A stretch of DNA of 64,000 nt from Candidatus Iainarchaeum sp. (GTDB taxonomy: Archaea; B1Sed10-29; WALL01). The stretch spans positions 1 to 64,000 of the forward strand of contig JAGMCR010000012.1 of assembly GCA_023129115.1 (NCBI GenBank), written 5' to 3'. A program made the translations under genes and the position numbers. Of the stretch, positions 26,329 to 39,303 are shown piece after piece (position 1 is the stretch's first letter; each line of letters begins with the position of its first letter). The notes beneath the pieces are model-generated. The model ran no database searches. It saw only the letters and a program-made list of their open reading frames with translations, and had not been told where the DNA came from.

Positions 26329-27798
26329 ATGACCTGGGAAGCAGCTGAAGCCTTTCTAAAGGAAAACACGCTAGTCAAGCAGCACCTTGACTCGTACAAC
26401 CACTTCGCCGACAGGAAGATACAAAAAATCATTGACGAAGTCGGCGAAATCGAGTCGCACCAAGAGGGCATAAAGATAAAGCTTGGCAAAGTGCGGGTCG
26501 AAAAGCCGAGGATACTCGAGGCAGACGGCTCCAAAAGGAAGATACTTCCGATGGAGGCCCGGCTGCGCAACAGGTCCTACGTCGCGCAGGTGTTCCTCGA
26601 GATGGGGCTCGTCCAGGACGGCATCGAAAAGCAGACCGAAGAAGTATTCATCGGCGAGTTGCCGGTAATGCTCAAGTCCACGCTCTGCTACCTCGGGGAA
26701 GTTACTGGCGACGAGCTCATCGAGGCCGGCGAAGACATCCAGGACCCCGGCGGCTACTTCATAATCAATGGTAGCGAGCGGGTGCTCGTCTCAATCGAGG
26801 ACCTCGCGCCGAACAGGGTTATCCTCTCCAAGGAAAAGAGGAGCGGCAAGGACGTCGTGATGGTCCGCATTTTCTCGGTAAAGGACTCGTTCCGCGCCAA
26901 GATTGGCCTCGAGAGGAAGCCCGAGGGCCTGTTCTACGTCTCGTTCCCCGCCTCGCCAAAGAACCTGAACATGGTGCCCGTGCTCAAGGCGCTTGGCCTG
27001 AGCTCGGACAACGACGTGTTCAAGGCATTCCACGACCAGCCAGAGATTATTAACGATTTGCTGCTGAACATGGAGGCGGTCAGCGTCAAGAACACCGACG
27101 AGGCCATCGACTACATCGGCAAGCGTGTTGCCGCGGGACAGCCCGAGGAGTACCGGAAGACCAGGGCGCTGCAAATCCTGGACAATTACCTATTGCCCCA
27201 CATCGGGATTAACGAAGAAAGCCGCATCAAAAAGGCGTATTTCCTCTGCCGCATGGTCGAGAAGGCGACCGCCGTCGCGAGCGGCAAGCGCGACGAGGAC
27301 GACAAGGACCACTACGCCAACAAGCGCGTCAAGCTGTCGGGCATGCTCATGGACGAATTGTTCAGGTACGGGCTCTCGTATTTCGTGAAGGACGTCAACT
27401 ACCAGATTGACCGCGTGTTCGCAAGGGGCAAGAAGCTCCAGATAAAGACCTTGGTCCGGCCGGACGCGATGACGGACAGGATTCGCTACGCAATGGCCAC
27501 GGGCAACTGGGTCGGCGGGCGCACAGGCGTTTCACAATTACTGGACAGGACGACGTACTTGTCGGCGCTGTCGCACCTGCGGAGGGTTATCTCGCCGCTC
27601 TCGAAAGTGCACCCCCACTTCGAGGCAAGGGACTTGCACCCGACGCACTGGGGCAAGATCGACCCCAACGAGACGCCGGAGGGGCAGAGCTGTGGGCTCG
27701 TCAAGAACTTCGCCCTCGGCACGATTGTCACGTCGGACTATCCCGAGGAAAAGGTCGAGGAAGCGCTCGAAAAGCTCGGGGTGAGCTTCAAGAGGTGA
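26329..27798 (+). CDS. rpoB2: RNA polymerase subunit B'' (Rpo2N)
   Basis: QHLDSYN, DPGGYFIINGSE, ETPEGQSCGLVKN. Confidence 0.96.
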   Translation: MTWEAAEAFLKENTLVKQHLDSYNHFADRKIQKIIDEVGEIESHQEGIKIKLGKVRVEKPRILEADGSKRKILPMEARLRNRSYVAQVFLEMGLVQDGIEKQTEEVFIGELPVMLKSTLCYLGEVTGDELIEAGEDIQDPGGYFIINGSERVLVSIEDLAPNRVILSKEKRSGKDVVMVRIFSVKDSFRAKIGLERKPEGLFYVSFPASPKNLNMVPVLKALGLSSDNDVFKAFHDQPEIINDLLLNMEAVSVKNTDEAIDYIGKRVAAGQPEEYRKTRALQILDNYLLPHIGINEESRIKKAYFLCRMVEKATAVASGKRDEDDKDHYANKRVKLSGMLMDELFRYGLSYFVKDVNYQIDRVFARGKKLQIKTLVRPDAMTDRIRYAMATGNWVGGRTGVSQLLDRTTYLSALSHLRRVISPLSKVHPHFEARDLHPTHWGKIDPNETPEGQSCGLVKNFALGTIVTSDYPEEKVEEALEKLGVSFKR

Positions 27799-27802
27799 GT
27801 GG

Positions 27803-29614
27803 ATGGAGGAAAGCAGCGTTTACATCAACGGCAAGCTCGTGGGGTTCCACGAGAACGGCAAGGAGCTCGTGGACAATATCCGCAAGAAGCGCCGCGCCAG
27901 TGAGCTCCCCATCGAGCTCAACGTCGCGTACTACCCAGACGTCGACGAGGTCTACATCAACGTGGACGGTGGAAGGGCGAGGCGGCCATTGATTGTGGTC
28001 CAGGACGGTAAGTCCTTGCTCACCGAAAAGCACTGCGAGGCCCTCCAGAAGGGCAAGATTGCGTGGGACGACCTCCTCAAGGAAGGCGTCGCCGAATACC
28101 TCGACGCAGAAGAAGAAGAGAACGCGTACATCGCCACCACCAACGAAGCGGTGAACGACGAGCACACCCACGTCGAAGTGCACCCGTCCCTGATTCTCGG
28201 CGTCATAACTTCCGCCGCGCCGTTCCCGGAGCACAATTCTGCCCCCAGGGTAACGATGGCGTCGGCGATGCTCAAGCAGGCCCTCGGCCTGTACCAGAGC
28301 AACTTCAACGTGCGCATGGACACGCAGGCGCACGTCATGCACTACCCCCAGGTTCCACTCGCACTCACGAAGCAGAGCAGGATAATTGGTGCGCACAGGC
28401 GGCCGGCCGGCCAGAACCTGGTCGTCGCCATCATGCCGTTCTACGGCTACAACATGGAGGACGCGATTATCCTGAACAAGGCGTCGGTCGAGAGGGGAAT
28501 CGGCCGCACGATGTTCTACAGGACGTACACTGCGGAGGAGCGGAGGTACCCGGGCGGCCAGAAGGACCGGTTCGAGCTGCCCAACCCCGAAATCCAGGGC
28601 TTCCGCGGCGAGGAGGCGTACAGGTTCCTCGGCGAGGACGGCATAATCAACCCCGAGGCGGAAATCGTGGGGGGCGACGTATTGATTGGGAAGACTTCGC
28701 CGCCAAGGTTTTTGGAAGAGGTTGGAGAACTCTCGATGATTGAGGAAAAGCGCAGGGAGAACTCAGTCATATTGAGGCACGGCGAATCGGGGACAGTCGA
28801 CGCCGTAATGATTACCGAGGCGCCGACCGGGAACAAATTGGTCAAGGCGCGCGTGCGCACGCAGAAGATACCCGAAATCGGGGACAAGTTCGCGTCGCGG
28901 CACGGGCAGAAGGGCGTCGTGGGATTGATTGTGCCGCAGTACGACATGCCGTTCAACGAGCAGGGCATAAGCCCGGACATAATCATGAACCCGCACGCTG
29001 TGCCGTCGAGGATGACGGTTGGCCACGTGCTCGAGATTATTGGGGGGAAGGCAAAGTCGCTTTCCGGCAAGGACTTCGACCCGACTGCGTTCGAGCCCAC
29101 GGACTACGAGGGCATGAAGCGGGTGCTGCTCGAGAACGGGTTCCGGCCCAACGGCAAGGAAGTCATGTACGACGGCAAGACCGGCCAGAAGATAACGGCC
29201 GAGATATTCGTTGGGGTAACTTACTACCAGAGGCTCAAGCACCTCGTGAGCAACAAGATGCACGCGAGGAGCCGCGGGCCGGTGCAGATACTGACCAGGC
29301 AGCCGACCGAGGGAAGGGCACGCGATGGTGGACTGCGGTTTGGTGAAATGGAAAGGGATACGCTGATTGGCCACGGCGCGTCTATGCTTCTGCTCGAGCG
29401 CTTGCTCAAGGAGTCGGACCTGGTCGTGGAATTGGTGTGCGAGAAGTGCGGCTCGATTGCCGTCGAGGACCAGATACGCAAGAAGAAGTACTGCCCCGTG
29501 TGCGACTCGACCGACGTACAGCCCGTGGAGATGAGCTACGCGTTCAAGCTCTTGCTGAACGAGCTCAGGGCGCTGGACATTAGCCCCAAGCTAAAGCTGG
29601 AGGACAGGGCGTGA
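27803..29614 (+). CDS. rpoB1: RNA polymerase subunit B' (Rpo2C)
   Basis: GDKFASRHGQKG, GGLRFGEMERD, C-terminal Zn finger. Confidence 0.97.
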   Translation: MEESSVYINGKLVGFHENGKELVDNIRKKRRASELPIELNVAYYPDVDEVYINVDGGRARRPLIVVQDGKSLLTEKHCEALQKGKIAWDDLLKEGVAEYLDAEEEENAYIATTNEAVNDEHTHVEVHPSLILGVITSAAPFPEHNSAPRVTMASAMLKQALGLYQSNFNVRMDTQAHVMHYPQVPLALTKQSRIIGAHRRPAGQNLVVAIMPFYGYNMEDAIILNKASVERGIGRTMFYRTYTAEERRYPGGQKDRFELPNPEIQGFRGEEAYRFLGEDGIINPEAEIVGGDVLIGKTSPPRFLEEVGELSMIEEKRRENSVILRHGESGTVDAVMITEAPTGNKLVKARVRTQKIPEIGDKFASRHGQKGVVGLIVPQYDMPFNEQGISPDIIMNPHAVPSRMTVGHVLEIIGGKAKSLSGKDFDPTAFEPTDYEGMKRVLLENGFRPNGKEVMYDGKTGQKITAEIFVGVTYYQRLKHLVSNKMHARSRGPVQILTRQPTEGRARDGGLRFGEMERDTLIGHGASMLLLERLLKESDLVVELVCEKCGSIAVEDQIRKKKYCPVCDSTDVQPVEMSYAFKLLLNELRALDISPKLKLEDRA

Positions 29615-29619
29615 TTGGC

Positions 29620-32268
29620 ATGAGGATTGTACAGAAAAAAATCGGGAGCGTTGAGTTCGGGATTATGACGCCCGAGGTAACGCGCAAGATGAGCCAAATC
29701 AGGGTCGTGACGCCAGACACTTATGACGAGGACGGCTACCCGATTGAGGGCGGCCTGATGGACCTGCACCTCGGGGTGATTGACCCCGGGCTGCGGTGCA
29801 AGGCGTGCGGCGCCAGGATGGTGAGCTGTCCAGGCCACTTCGGGCACATTGAATTGGTCAGGCCAGTGGTGCACGTGGGCTACGTCAAAATGGTCTACAC
29901 GCTGCTCAAGGCGACGTGCAAGAGCTGCGGCAGGCTCCTGCTGGACAAGAAGGAGCTCGGCCAGTACAAGGAGTTCATCACCGAAGAAGAGCGCGAGATG
30001 GACGAGGACGCGGCGCTCGACATTATCCAGCGGACCAAGAAGAGCAACAAGTGCCCGCACTGCGAGGCGAAGCAGCCCAGCATCAAGCTCATCAAGCCCA
30101 CCACTTTCTTTGAGGAGGACCAACGGCTGTTGCCGAGCGACATCCGCAGGAGGATGGAGCTCATCCCGGACAACGACCTGAAGCTCCTGGGCATCAACTA
30201 CAAGGTCGCGAGGCCCGAGTGGGGCATATTGACTGTGCTGCCCGTGCCCCCAGTCACGACCAGGCCGTCGATTACGCTGGAGACCGGCGAGAGGAGCGAG
30301 GACGACCTCACGCACAAGCTCGTGGACATACTGAGGATTAACCAGAGGCTCAGGGACAACATTGCAGCCGGCGCCCCGCAACTGATTATTGAAGACCTTT
30401 GGGATTTGCTGCAGTACCACGTCACCACGTACTTCAATAATGAAGTTTCTGGAATTCCGCCTGCGCGGCACAGGAGCGGGCGGCCGCTCAAGACGCTGGC
30501 GCAGAGGCTGAAGGGCAAGGAAGGAAGGTTCAGGTACAACCTGTCAGGGAAGCGCGTCAACTTCTCGGCAAGGACCGTGATTTCCCCGGACCCGAACCTG
30601 TCGATTAACCAGGTCGGCGTGCCGCTGCCGGTCGCGGAGGAGCTGACGGTCCCCGAGCACGTGACCGAGTGGAACATGGCCAATATTAAGGAATATATAA
30701 CAAGCGAGAATTACCCCAAGGCCAATTACGTAATCAGGCCGGACGGCAGGAGGAAGAAGGTCACTGAAGTCAACCGGCCCGACATCCTCGAGGAGCTCGA
30801 GCCGGGATACATCATCGAGAGGCAGCTCAAGGAGGGCGACATTGTCCTGTTCAACAGGCAGCCCTCGCTCCACAGGATTTCGATGATGGCGCACATCGTG
30901 AAAGTGCTGCCCGGCAAGACCTTCAGGCTCCACCCCGCCGTGTGCAAGCCGTACAACGCAGACTTTGACGGCGACGAAATGAACCTCCACGTGCCCCAAA
31001 CCGAAGAGGCGCGGGCAGAGGCGTGGAAGCTCATGCTGGTCCAGAACCAGATTATCTCGCCGAGGTACGGCGCGCCCATCATCGTTGGCGACCAGGACTT
31101 CGTGAGCGGCGGCTACCTGATGACGCACCGCGACATGAGCTTTTCGAGGAGGCTCGCGGAGCGCGTCCTCGTGGCAGCGGGGATAGTGAGGCCCCCGAGC
31201 CCTGACCTGCCCAACGACAGGTTCTCTGGAAAGCTTTTGTTCTCGCAGTGCCTGCCCAAAGGCCTCAACATCAGCTACGAGAACAAGATGCTCCGCAGGG
31301 GCTGCAAGAAGTGCGAGAAGCACAAGTGCGACGAGCACGACTCGTTCGTGGTCATCAGGAACGGCAAGCTCCTCAGGGGCGTAATCGACAAGGTGAGCTA
31401 TCAGGGCATCCTGCTCGACACGATTTTCAGGGAGTTCGGCGCAGAGGCGGCGAGGGAGTTCATCGACAAGAGCACCAAGATGGTCATCGTGGCGATGATG
31501 GACCACGGCCTCACGATTTCGGTGTCGGACTACGAAATCGACGAAGAGACCAGCAAAAAAATTGACGCAGTGGTCGCCAAGTCCGAGGAAGAGGTCAACG
31601 ACTTCATCGACAGGTACCGCAACGGCCAGCTCAAGCACATCCCCGGCAAGACGCTGCAGGAAACGCTCGAGGACAACATCATGGCAATCCTCGGCAGGGC
31701 GAGGATGGACAGCGGCGAGGCCGCTGGCGACTACCTCGGCGACAAGTCGTCTCCAATGATTATCAGCCGCGTCGGCGCAAGGGGCTCGATACTGAACGTG
31801 ACACAGATGAGCGCCCTCGTGGGCCAGCAGGCGGTGCGTGGCGGCAGGGTTCTGCGTGGCTACCGCAACAAGTCATTGCCCCACTTCAAGGATGGGGACA
31901 TCGGCATGCGGGCGCGCGGCTTTGTCGAGCACAGCTTCTACGATGGCCTGCTGCCGGTCGAGTACTTCTTCCACGCAATGGGTGGCCGTGAGGGTTTGGT
32001 CGACAAGGGCATCCGTACCGCCAAAAGCGGGTACATGCAGCGCAGGCTGATTAACGCGCTGCAGGACCTGGTGCTCCGGGAGGACGGGACCGTGCGGGAC
32101 GCGACGGACACAGTGGTGCAGTTCGTGTACGGCGAGGACGGCGTGGACCCGATGAAGTGCTACGGCAACAACGCCATCAAGGTGCGGGACGAGGTCATCT
32201 ATTACGACGAGGTGGACAGGGGAGAAAGCACCGAGTTCGAGGAGACGGGCGGTGATGAGTATGACTAA
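29620..32268 (+). CDS. rpoA1: RNA polymerase subunit A' (Rpo1N)
   Basis: Catalytic YNADFDGDEMN; CPGHFGHIEL. Confidence 0.98.
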   Translation: MRIVQKKIGSVEFGIMTPEVTRKMSQIRVVTPDTYDEDGYPIEGGLMDLHLGVIDPGLRCKACGARMVSCPGHFGHIELVRPVVHVGYVKMVYTLLKATCKSCGRLLLDKKELGQYKEFITEEEREMDEDAALDIIQRTKKSNKCPHCEAKQPSIKLIKPTTFFEEDQRLLPSDIRRRMELIPDNDLKLLGINYKVARPEWGILTVLPVPPVTTRPSITLETGERSEDDLTHKLVDILRINQRLRDNIAAGAPQLIIEDLWDLLQYHVTTYFNNEVSGIPPARHRSGRPLKTLAQRLKGKEGRFRYNLSGKRVNFSARTVISPDPNLSINQVGVPLPVAEELTVPEHVTEWNMANIKEYITSENYPKANYVIRPDGRRKKVTEVNRPDILEELEPGYIIERQLKEGDIVLFNRQPSLHRISMMAHIVKVLPGKTFRLHPAVCKPYNADFDGDEMNLHVPQTEEARAEAWKLMLVQNQIISPRYGAPIIVGDQDFVSGGYLMTHRDMSFSRRLAERVLVAAGIVRPPSPDLPNDRFSGKLLFSQCLPKGLNISYENKMLRRGCKKCEKHKCDEHDSFVVIRNGKLLRGVIDKVSYQGILLDTIFREFGAEAAREFIDKSTKMVIVAMMDHGLTISVSDYEIDEETSKKIDAVVAKSEEEVNDFIDRYRNGQLKHIPGKTLQETLEDNIMAILGRARMDSGEAAGDYLGDKSSPMIISRVGARGSILNVTQMSALVGQQAVRGGRVLRGYRNKSLPHFKDGDIGMRARGFVEHSFYDGLLPVEYFFHAMGGREGLVDKGIRTAKSGYMQRRLINALQDLVLREDGTVRDATDTVVQFVYGEDGVDPMKCYGNNAIKVRDEVIYYDEVDRGESTEFEETGGDEYD

Positions 32269-33489
<1,221 letters not shown>

Positions 33490-33493
33490 ACAG

Positions 33494-33811
33494 GTGGTCG
33501 AAGTGGAAGACACCGAAATCATCAAGAGGGTCGTCGAGAACGGCGAGGTGAAGATAGGCTCCCGCAGCGTCAGCAAAGAGCTGAACAAGGGAAAGCCCAA
33601 GCTCGTGGTCGTGAGCTCCAATTGCCCGCGCTCGATCAAGGAAGAGATTGAGGGCAAGGCCAAGGCGGCGAAGACCCCGGTCTACGGCTACACGGGCACG
33701 AGCCTGGAGCTCGGGGAAGTGTGCAGGAAGCCGTTCCCGATTTCCGCGATGGCCGTGGTCAGCCCGGGAGACGCCAACATCGCCCAGCTCGTCAAGGGGG
33801 GCAAAGCGTGA
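33494..33811 (+). CDS. rpl30e: 50S ribosomal protein L30e
   Basis: GTSLELGEVCRKPF; conserved position. Confidence 0.92.
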   Translation: MVEVEDTEIIKRVVENGEVKIGSRSVSKELNKGKPKLVVVSSNCPRSIKEEIEGKAKAAKTPVYGYTGTSLELGEVCRKPFPISAMAVVSPGDANIAQLVKGGKA

Positions 33812-34206
33812 AGCTTGGCATGGACGAGCTGCAGTACATAAGCGTTATCGAGAAGATAACCAAGGCGCGCGTCAAGGACTGCGTCTTGATTGAGGGGGAG
33901 CTCGTGGTTGTCGTGGGCGAGGGCGAGATGGGCCTTGCCATAGGGCGGAACGGCGAGAACGCGGAAAAGGTCCGCGAGACCATCGGGAAAAAGGTATCGT
34001 TCATAGAGTTCTCCGAGGACACGGAGAAGTTCATCAGGAAGCTGTTCGCCCCCGCCGTGCTTGAGTCGGTGGAAGTGGACGGCGAGACCGTGAGGCTGAA
34101 GGCCAGAGAGACCCAGCGGGTCATCGGGAAGGGCGGCAAGCGCAGGAAGCGCGCCGAGACCCTGCTCGACCGGCACTTCGGCATAAAAAACGTGGTAATA
34201 AACTAA
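33808..34206 (+). CDS. nusA: Archaeal NusA
   Basis: KH motifs AIGRNG and VIGKGG; GTG start. Confidence 0.92.
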   Translation: MKLGMDELQYISVIEKITKARVKDCVLIEGELVVVVGEGEMGLAIGRNGENAEKVRETIGKKVSFIEFSEDTEKFIRKLFAPAVLESVEVDGETVRLKARETQRVIGKGGKRRKRAETLLDRHFGIKNVVIN

Positions 34207-34219
34207 AGGGTGATAAAAA

Positions 34220-34645
34220 ATGCCAGGGAAGTTTGCTGCACGAAAGCTCAAGGCCAAGAGGCAGGCGACGAAGTGGAAGTCGCCGGAGTACAAGAAGAAA
34301 GTGCTTAAGCTCAAGAAGAAGCATGACCCCATGGGCGGCTCGCCGCAGGCCAAGGGCATAGTGCTGCAAAAGGTCGCGCTGGAGGCCAAGCAGCCGAACT
34401 CCGGGCTGCGGAAGTGCGTCAGGGTGCAGCTCATCAAGAACGGCAAGCAGGTCACTGCCTTTGCCCCTGGCGACAAGGCAATCACGTTCATCGAGGAGCA
34501 CGACGAGGTAATGGTCGAGAAGCTCCGCGCGTCGAAGCGCGGGACGCTGGGCGACCTGCCGGGCGTGCGGTGGAAGGTCATCAAGGTAAACGGAATCCCA
34601 CTCGAGGAAATGAGGCGTGGCAGGAAGGAGAAGCCGGTCAGGTGA
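34220..34645 (+). CDS. rps12: 30S ribosomal protein S12 (uS12)
   Basis: [15 protein letters not shown]; GDLPGVRW. Confidence 0.97.
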   Translation: MPGKFAARKLKAKRQATKWKSPEYKKKVLKLKKKHDPMGGSPQAKGIVLQKVALEAKQPNSGLRKCVRVQLIKNGKQVTAFAPGDKAITFIEEHDEVMVEKLRASKRGTLGDLPGVRWKVIKVNGIPLEEMRRGRKEKPVR

Positions 34646-34650
34646 TTTTA

Positions 34651-35238
34651 ATGTTTGAGGAATGGGACACTAAGGACGTCGTCGTGAGCGACCCTGGGCT
34701 GATTAGCTACATCAACCTCAAGAGCGCCGGGATGCACAGCCACGGCAGGCACACCGCGAAGCAGTTCGGCAAGAGCGAAATCAGCATTGTCGAGAGGCTC
34801 GTGAACTCAATCATGAGGTCTTGCTCCGGCAAGAAAATCGGCGGCAAGATGGTGCACCACCGCTTCGGCTGCGGCAAGAAGACCGCGGCAATCAAGGCCG
34901 TGCGCGGGGCCTTCGGGGCAATCGAGAAGAAGAGCAAGAAGAACCCTATTCAAGTGCTTGTGGCCGCAATCGAGAACTCGGCGCCCCGGGAAGAGACCAC
35001 GCGCGTCAAGTTCGGCGGAATCACGCGGCACATCGCCGTGGACATCTCTCCGCAGCGCCGGGTGGACTTCGCGCTCAGGAACATTTCCGTTGCGGCCCTG
35101 GGCAAGGCGTACAAGAGCAAGAAGAGCCGGGCAGAGGCGCTTGCCGAAGAAATACTCGCGGCCTCAGAAAACGACAACAACTGCATGGCCATCCAGAAGA
35201 AGAACGAAATGGAGCGCGTCGCTAAGGGAGCGAGATGA
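34651..35238 (+). CDS. rps7: 30S ribosomal protein S7 (uS7)
   Basis: [19 protein letters not shown]. Confidence 0.96.
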   Translation: MFEEWDTKDVVVSDPGLISYINLKSAGMHSHGRHTAKQFGKSEISIVERLVNSIMRSCSGKKIGGKMVHHRFGCGKKTAAIKAVRGAFGAIEKKSKKNPIQVLVAAIENSAPREETTRVKFGGITRHIAVDISPQRRVDFALRNISVAALGKAYKSKKSRAEALAEEILAASENDNNCMAIQKKNEMERVAKGAR

Positions 35239-35239
35239 G

Positions 35240-37432
35240 ATGGGACGGCGTGAAGAGATGGTTGAGCGCGTCAGCGCCCTGATGGACAACAAGAAGCAGA
35301 TCAGGAATCTGGGAGTGGTGGCGCACATTGACCACGGCAAGACAACCATGACCGACAATTTGATAGCCGGCGCAGGCATGATGAGCGAAGAGCTCGCCGG
35401 AAAGCAGCTTGTGATGGACTTCCACGAGGACGAGCAGCAGCGCGGGATTACCATCAACGCCGCGAACATCTCGATTGTCCAGACCTACAAGGACAATGAC
35501 TACTTAATCAACATCATCGACACGCCGGGGCACGTGGACTTCTCGGGCGACGTGACGCGCGCGATGCGCGCGGTGGACGGCGCGATTGTGGTCGTGTGCG
35601 CTGTGGAGGGGTCGATGCCGCAGACAGAGACCGTTTTGAGGCAAGCGCTGAAGGAGAAGGTGCGGCCGGTGCTGTTCATCAACAAGGTGGACCGGCTCAT
35701 TAACGAGCTGCAGGTGACCCCCGAGGAGATGCAGAAGCGGTTCGTCAAGATAATCGCGAAGTTCAACGACTCGGTGCGCAAGATGGCGCCGAAGGAGTTC
35801 AGGAGTGAGTGGCAGGTCAAGCCGGAAGATGGCACGGTCACGTTCGGGAGCGCGTACAACAACTGGGCAATCAGCGTGCCGTACATGCAGAAGGCGGGGA
35901 TAACGTTCAAGGACATTTACGACAGCTGCAAGCAGGAAACGCAGAAGGAGCTCGCCAAGCAGATTCCGCTGCACAGCGTCATGCTCGAGATGGTGTTCAA
36001 CCACCTGCCGAACCCAGAGGACGCGCAGAAGTACCGGATTCCCACGATTTGGAGGGGCGACGCCGAAAGCGAGGTCGGGAAGGCAATGGCGGAGTGCGAC
36101 GAGAACGGGCCACTCGCCATGATGGTGACGAACGTTTCGATTGACCCGCACGCGGGCGACGTCGCGACTTGCAGGCTGTTCTCCGGGAAAATCATGAAGG
36201 GCATGAAGCTCCAGCTCGTGAACGCGGTGAAGGAGAACACCGTGCAGCAGGTCGGCCTTTACATGGGGGCGGAGAGGATTAATGTCCCCAACGTGACTGC
36301 GGGCAACATCGTCGCGGTTACCGGGCTTCGGGACGCCTACGCGGGCGAGACCGTGGCGAGCGAGCGCATCGAGTCGTTCGAGGCCATGAAGCACTTCAGC
36401 GAGCCAGTGATTACGAAGAGCATTGAGGCCAAGAACACTTCGGACCTGCCGAAGCTGGTCGAGGTATTGAGGCAGGTGGGGAAAGAGGACCCGATGATTA
36501 GGATTGAAATCAACGAGGAGACGGGCGAGCACTTGATTTCGGGCATGGGCGAGCTGCACCTCGAGGTTATCGAGGACAGGATTCGCAAGGAGAGGAAGCT
36601 CGAGGTCGAGACCTCCCCCCCGATTATTGTTTACAGGGAAACGGTTTCGAAGGAGTCGCCCGTGGTCGAGGGCAAGTCGCCGAACCGCCACAACCGGTTT
36701 TATATTATCGCGGAGCCGCTGGAGGATGAGGTCTACCAGGCCATGGTCGACGGCGAAATCACTGAGCGGGACGCGAAGCAGTCCAAGGAACTGGCCAAGA
36801 AATTGGTGGAGCTTGGGATGGCCAAGGACGAGTGCAAGAAGCCGTGGGCCGTGTACAACAAGAACCTGTTCCTGGATCGCTCGAAGGGCGTGCAGAACCT
36901 GAACGAGACCAAGGACCTGCTCGTGCAGGGGTTCAGGGAGGCCATGACCAAGGGCCCAATTGCCCAGGAAAAAGTGACCAAGGTCAAGATTATACTGATG
37001 GACGCGAAGCTGCACGAGGACGCGGTGCACCGCGGGCCGTCGCAGACGCTGCCCGCAATCAAGCGGCCGATTTACGCGGCCATGCTTTTGGGGGGGGCGA
37101 TGCTGCTGGAGCCAATCCAGAAGGTGTTCATCACTGTCCCGGCGGAGCAGATGGGCTCTGTGACCAAAGATTTGCAGTCCAGGCGGGGGCAAATCCTGTC
37201 GATGGACCAGGAAGAGGAGCAGATAGTGATTGGCGGGAAGGCGCCGATTGCCGAGATGTTCGGGTTTGCGGGCGATATCCGGAGCGCGACGCAGGGCAAG
37301 GCCTTGTGGAGCACGGAGTACTCCGGGTACGAGAAGCTGCCGCATGACCTGCAGCCAAAGCTAACGCGGCAGATACGGGAGAGGAAGGGGTTGAAGCCCG
37401 AGCCACCTGTTGCGAAGGATTTTATGGAGTAA
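35240..37432 (+). CDS. fusA: Translation elongation factor aEF-2
   Basis: [17 protein letters not shown], diphthamide loop HEDAVHRG. Confidence 0.98.
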   Translation: MGRREEMVERVSALMDNKKQIRNLGVVAHIDHGKTTMTDNLIAGAGMMSEELAGKQLVMDFHEDEQQRGITINAANISIVQTYKDNDYLINIIDTPGHVDFSGDVTRAMRAVDGAIVVVCAVEGSMPQTETVLRQALKEKVRPVLFINKVDRLINELQVTPEEMQKRFVKIIAKFNDSVRKMAPKEFRSEWQVKPEDGTVTFGSAYNNWAISVPYMQKAGITFKDIYDSCKQETQKELAKQIPLHSVMLEMVFNHLPNPEDAQKYRIPTIWRGDAESEVGKAMAECDENGPLAMMVTNVSIDPHAGDVATCRLFSGKIMKGMKLQLVNAVKENTVQQVGLYMGAERINVPNVTAGNIVAVTGLRDAYAGETVASERIESFEAMKHFSEPVITKSIEAKNTSDLPKLVEVLRQVGKEDPMIRIEINEETGEHLISGMGELHLEVIEDRIRKERKLEVETSPPIIVYRETVSKESPVVEGKSPNRHNRFYIIAEPLEDEVYQAMVDGEITERDAKQSKELAKKLVELGMAKDECKKPWAVYNKNLFLDRSKGVQNLNETKDLLVQGFREAMTKGPIAQEKVTKVKIILMDAKLHEDAVHRGPSQTLPAIKRPIYAAMLLGGAMLLEPIQKVFITVPAEQMGSVTKDLQSRRGQILSMDQEEEQIVIGGKAPIAEMFGFAGDIRSATQGKALWSTEYSGYEKLPHDLQPKLTRQIRERKGLKPEPPVAKDFME

Positions 37433-37493
37433 CGTTAATAAACCACTAAATTAAAAACAAAGGAGTTTTCTTTCGTTTAAAGGAGGGAAGAAT

Positions 37494-38759
37494 ATGGCAG
37501 AGAAACCACACCTGAACCTCGTTTTCATTGGCCACGTGGACCACGGGAAATCCACCCTAGTGGGCAGGATCCTGTACAACACCGGCGCGGTCGACGAGAA
37601 CACTATGAGGAAGCTAAAAGAGGAGGCTGAAAAGCTCGGAAAGGCGACTTTTGAGTTCGCTTTCGTGATGGACAGGCTCAAAGAAGAGCGTGAACGTGGA
37701 GTCACCATCGACCTTGCGCACAAGGAGTTTAAGACTGACAAGTATTACTTCACGATTATTGACGCGCCGGGCCACAGGGACTTCGTCAAGAACATGATTA
37801 CTGGCGCCTCGCAGGCAGACGCTGCGGTGCTGGTTGTTGACGTCAAGGACGGCGTCCAGCCCCAGACCAAGGAACACGCGTTCCTTTCCAGGACTCTGGG
37901 CATCAAGCAGCTGATTGTCGCAATCAATAAGATGGACGCGGTCGACTTCGCTGAAGACAAGTACAACGATGCCAAGTCGGCGGTCGCGACGCTGCTGAAG
38001 ACCATCGGGTACAACACGGACCAGATTCCGTTCATCCCGACTTCGGCTTATGCGGACGCGAACGTGACCGCCAAAAGCGACAAGATGGGTTGGTACAAGG
38101 GGGTCATACTGCTGGACGCGCTTAACACGCTGACAGTGCCCGACAAGCCCACTGGAAAGCCGCTCAGGCTGCCTGTGCAGGACGTCTACACCATTACCGG
38201 GATTGGCACAGTGCCGGTTGGCCGTGTCGAGACCGGTGTGCTGAAGGTCGGGCAGGCCATCGTTGTTTCGCCTTCGGGCGCAAAGGGCGAGGTCAAGACC
38301 ATCGAGATGCACCACCAGCAGATGCAGGAGGCCGGCCCCGGCGACAACGTCGGGTTCAACGTGCGTGGCCTCGGCAAGAATGACGTCAAGCGCGGTGACG
38401 TAATTGGCTCGGCAGACAGCCCGCCGACCGTCGCCAAGGAGTTTATTGCACAGATTGTGGTGCTACAGCACCCGAGCGCGGTTACGGCTGGGTACACTCC
38501 GGTGTTCCACTGCCACACTGCGCAGGTCGCGTGCACTTTGGTTGAGCTCCAGAAGAAGCTTGACCCCAAGACGGGTGGCGTGCTCGAGGAGAACCCCAAG
38601 TTCTTGAAGACGGGCGACGTCGCAATCGTCAAGATTGTGCCGACCAAGCCGCTTTGCATCGAGAGCGCGAAGGACTTCCCAGAGCTCGGACGGTTCGCCG
38701 TTCGTGACATGGGGCAGACCGTCGCCGCCGGAATGGTGCAGAGCGTGACTCCGAAGTGA
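37494..38759 (+). CDS. tuf: Translation elongation factor aEF-1alpha
   Basis: [28 protein letters not shown]. Confidence 0.98.
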   Translation: MAEKPHLNLVFIGHVDHGKSTLVGRILYNTGAVDENTMRKLKEEAEKLGKATFEFAFVMDRLKEERERGVTIDLAHKEFKTDKYYFTIIDAPGHRDFVKNMITGASQADAAVLVVDVKDGVQPQTKEHAFLSRTLGIKQLIVAINKMDAVDFAEDKYNDAKSAVATLLKTIGYNTDQIPFIPTSAYADANVTAKSDKMGWYKGVILLDALNTLTVPDKPTGKPLRLPVQDVYTITGIGTVPVGRVETGVLKVGQAIVVSPSGAKGEVKTIEMHHQQMQEAGPGDNVGFNVRGLGKNDVKRGDVIGSADSPPTVAKEFIAQIVVLQHPSAVTAGYTPVFHCHTAQVACTLVELQKKLDPKTGGVLEENPKFLKTGDVAIVKIVPTKPLCIESAKDFPELGRFAVRDMGQTVAAGMVQSVTPK

Positions 38760-38763
38760 AACC

Positions 38764-38797
38764 GGAGGGATTTCTTCCCTCCCCCCTTTTAATTTTC
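38764..38797 (+). terminator. Possible hairpin plus T-run after tuf
   Basis: GGAGGGA-TTTCT-TCCCTCC then CCCCTTTTAATTTT. Confidence 0.35.
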
Positions 38798-38808
38798 AGG
38801 AATGATAG

Positions 38809-39129
38809 ATGATGACGCAGGTCGCGACCGTGAAGCTGACTGGGCCGGACTTCAAGAGACTGGACAGTGTATGCAACCAAATCAAGGACATTTGCCAGAA
38901 GACTGGTGCCAAGGTCAGCGGGCCGGTCCCCCTGCCCACGAAGAAGCTTAAGCTGCCCGTCAGGAAAAGCCCTTGCGGCGACGGGTCTGAGACGTTCGAG
39001 CACTGGCAAATGAGGATTCACAAGCGCTTGCTCAACATCGAGACCGACGAACGCACGCTCAGGCAGGTCATGAGGGTGCAAGTGCCTGACCAGGTGCACA
39101 TCGAAATCGAGCTCAAGGAAAGCTCTTGA
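38809..39129 (+). CDS. rps10: 30S ribosomal protein S10 (uS10)
   Basis: GPVPLPT, RKSPCGDG, MRIHKRL. Confidence 0.97.
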   Translation: MMTQVATVKLTGPDFKRLDSVCNQIKDICQKTGAKVSGPVPLPTKKLKLPVRKSPCGDGSETFEHWQMRIHKRLLNIETDERTLRQVMRVQVPDQVHIEIELKESS

Positions 39130-39203
39130 GCCCCTTTTTCTGCAAGGTTTTTTTATAGGGTAGTGCGAAGAATAAACCCACTCAAAGCTGAGGTGGCGGA
39201 ATC

Positions 39204-39303
39204 CAGCTGAAATGTCAGCTGGCACCGTGTGCCTTCGGCTACTATCCACTAGCCTGGGGGGGTGCTTCCCAGGGTAGCGGGGGGCTGTGCCCCCCAAGAC
39301 GCT
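39204..39303 (-). mobile_element. Family B/A hybrid element upstream of tRNA-Ser, duplicating the tRNA 5' end
   Basis: Minus strand reads family B body then GTGC-CAGCTGACATTTCAGCTG; GCTGAGGTGGCGGAATC (39187-39203) vs GCTAGGGTGGCGGAATC (39304-39320). Confidence 0.7.

Noticed and set aside
26329-29614. Split rpoB as a frameshift or pseudogene
   Set aside because: The B''/B' split is established in many archaea, and both halves have SD motifs and proper ends.
34958-35239. N-terminal extensions in the ORF track for EF-2, Lrp (7508), methyltransferase (24422), rpl3 (48107) and rps7 (34414)
   Set aside because: They overlap upstream genes, tRNAs or UTRs; homology begins at downstream ATGs.
35504-37345. 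Long antisense ORFs (also 19344-20765, 32443-33663, 42981-44210, 51735-53162 and others)
   Set aside because: They are shadows of GC-rich, codon-biased genes on the other strand and have no protein motifs.
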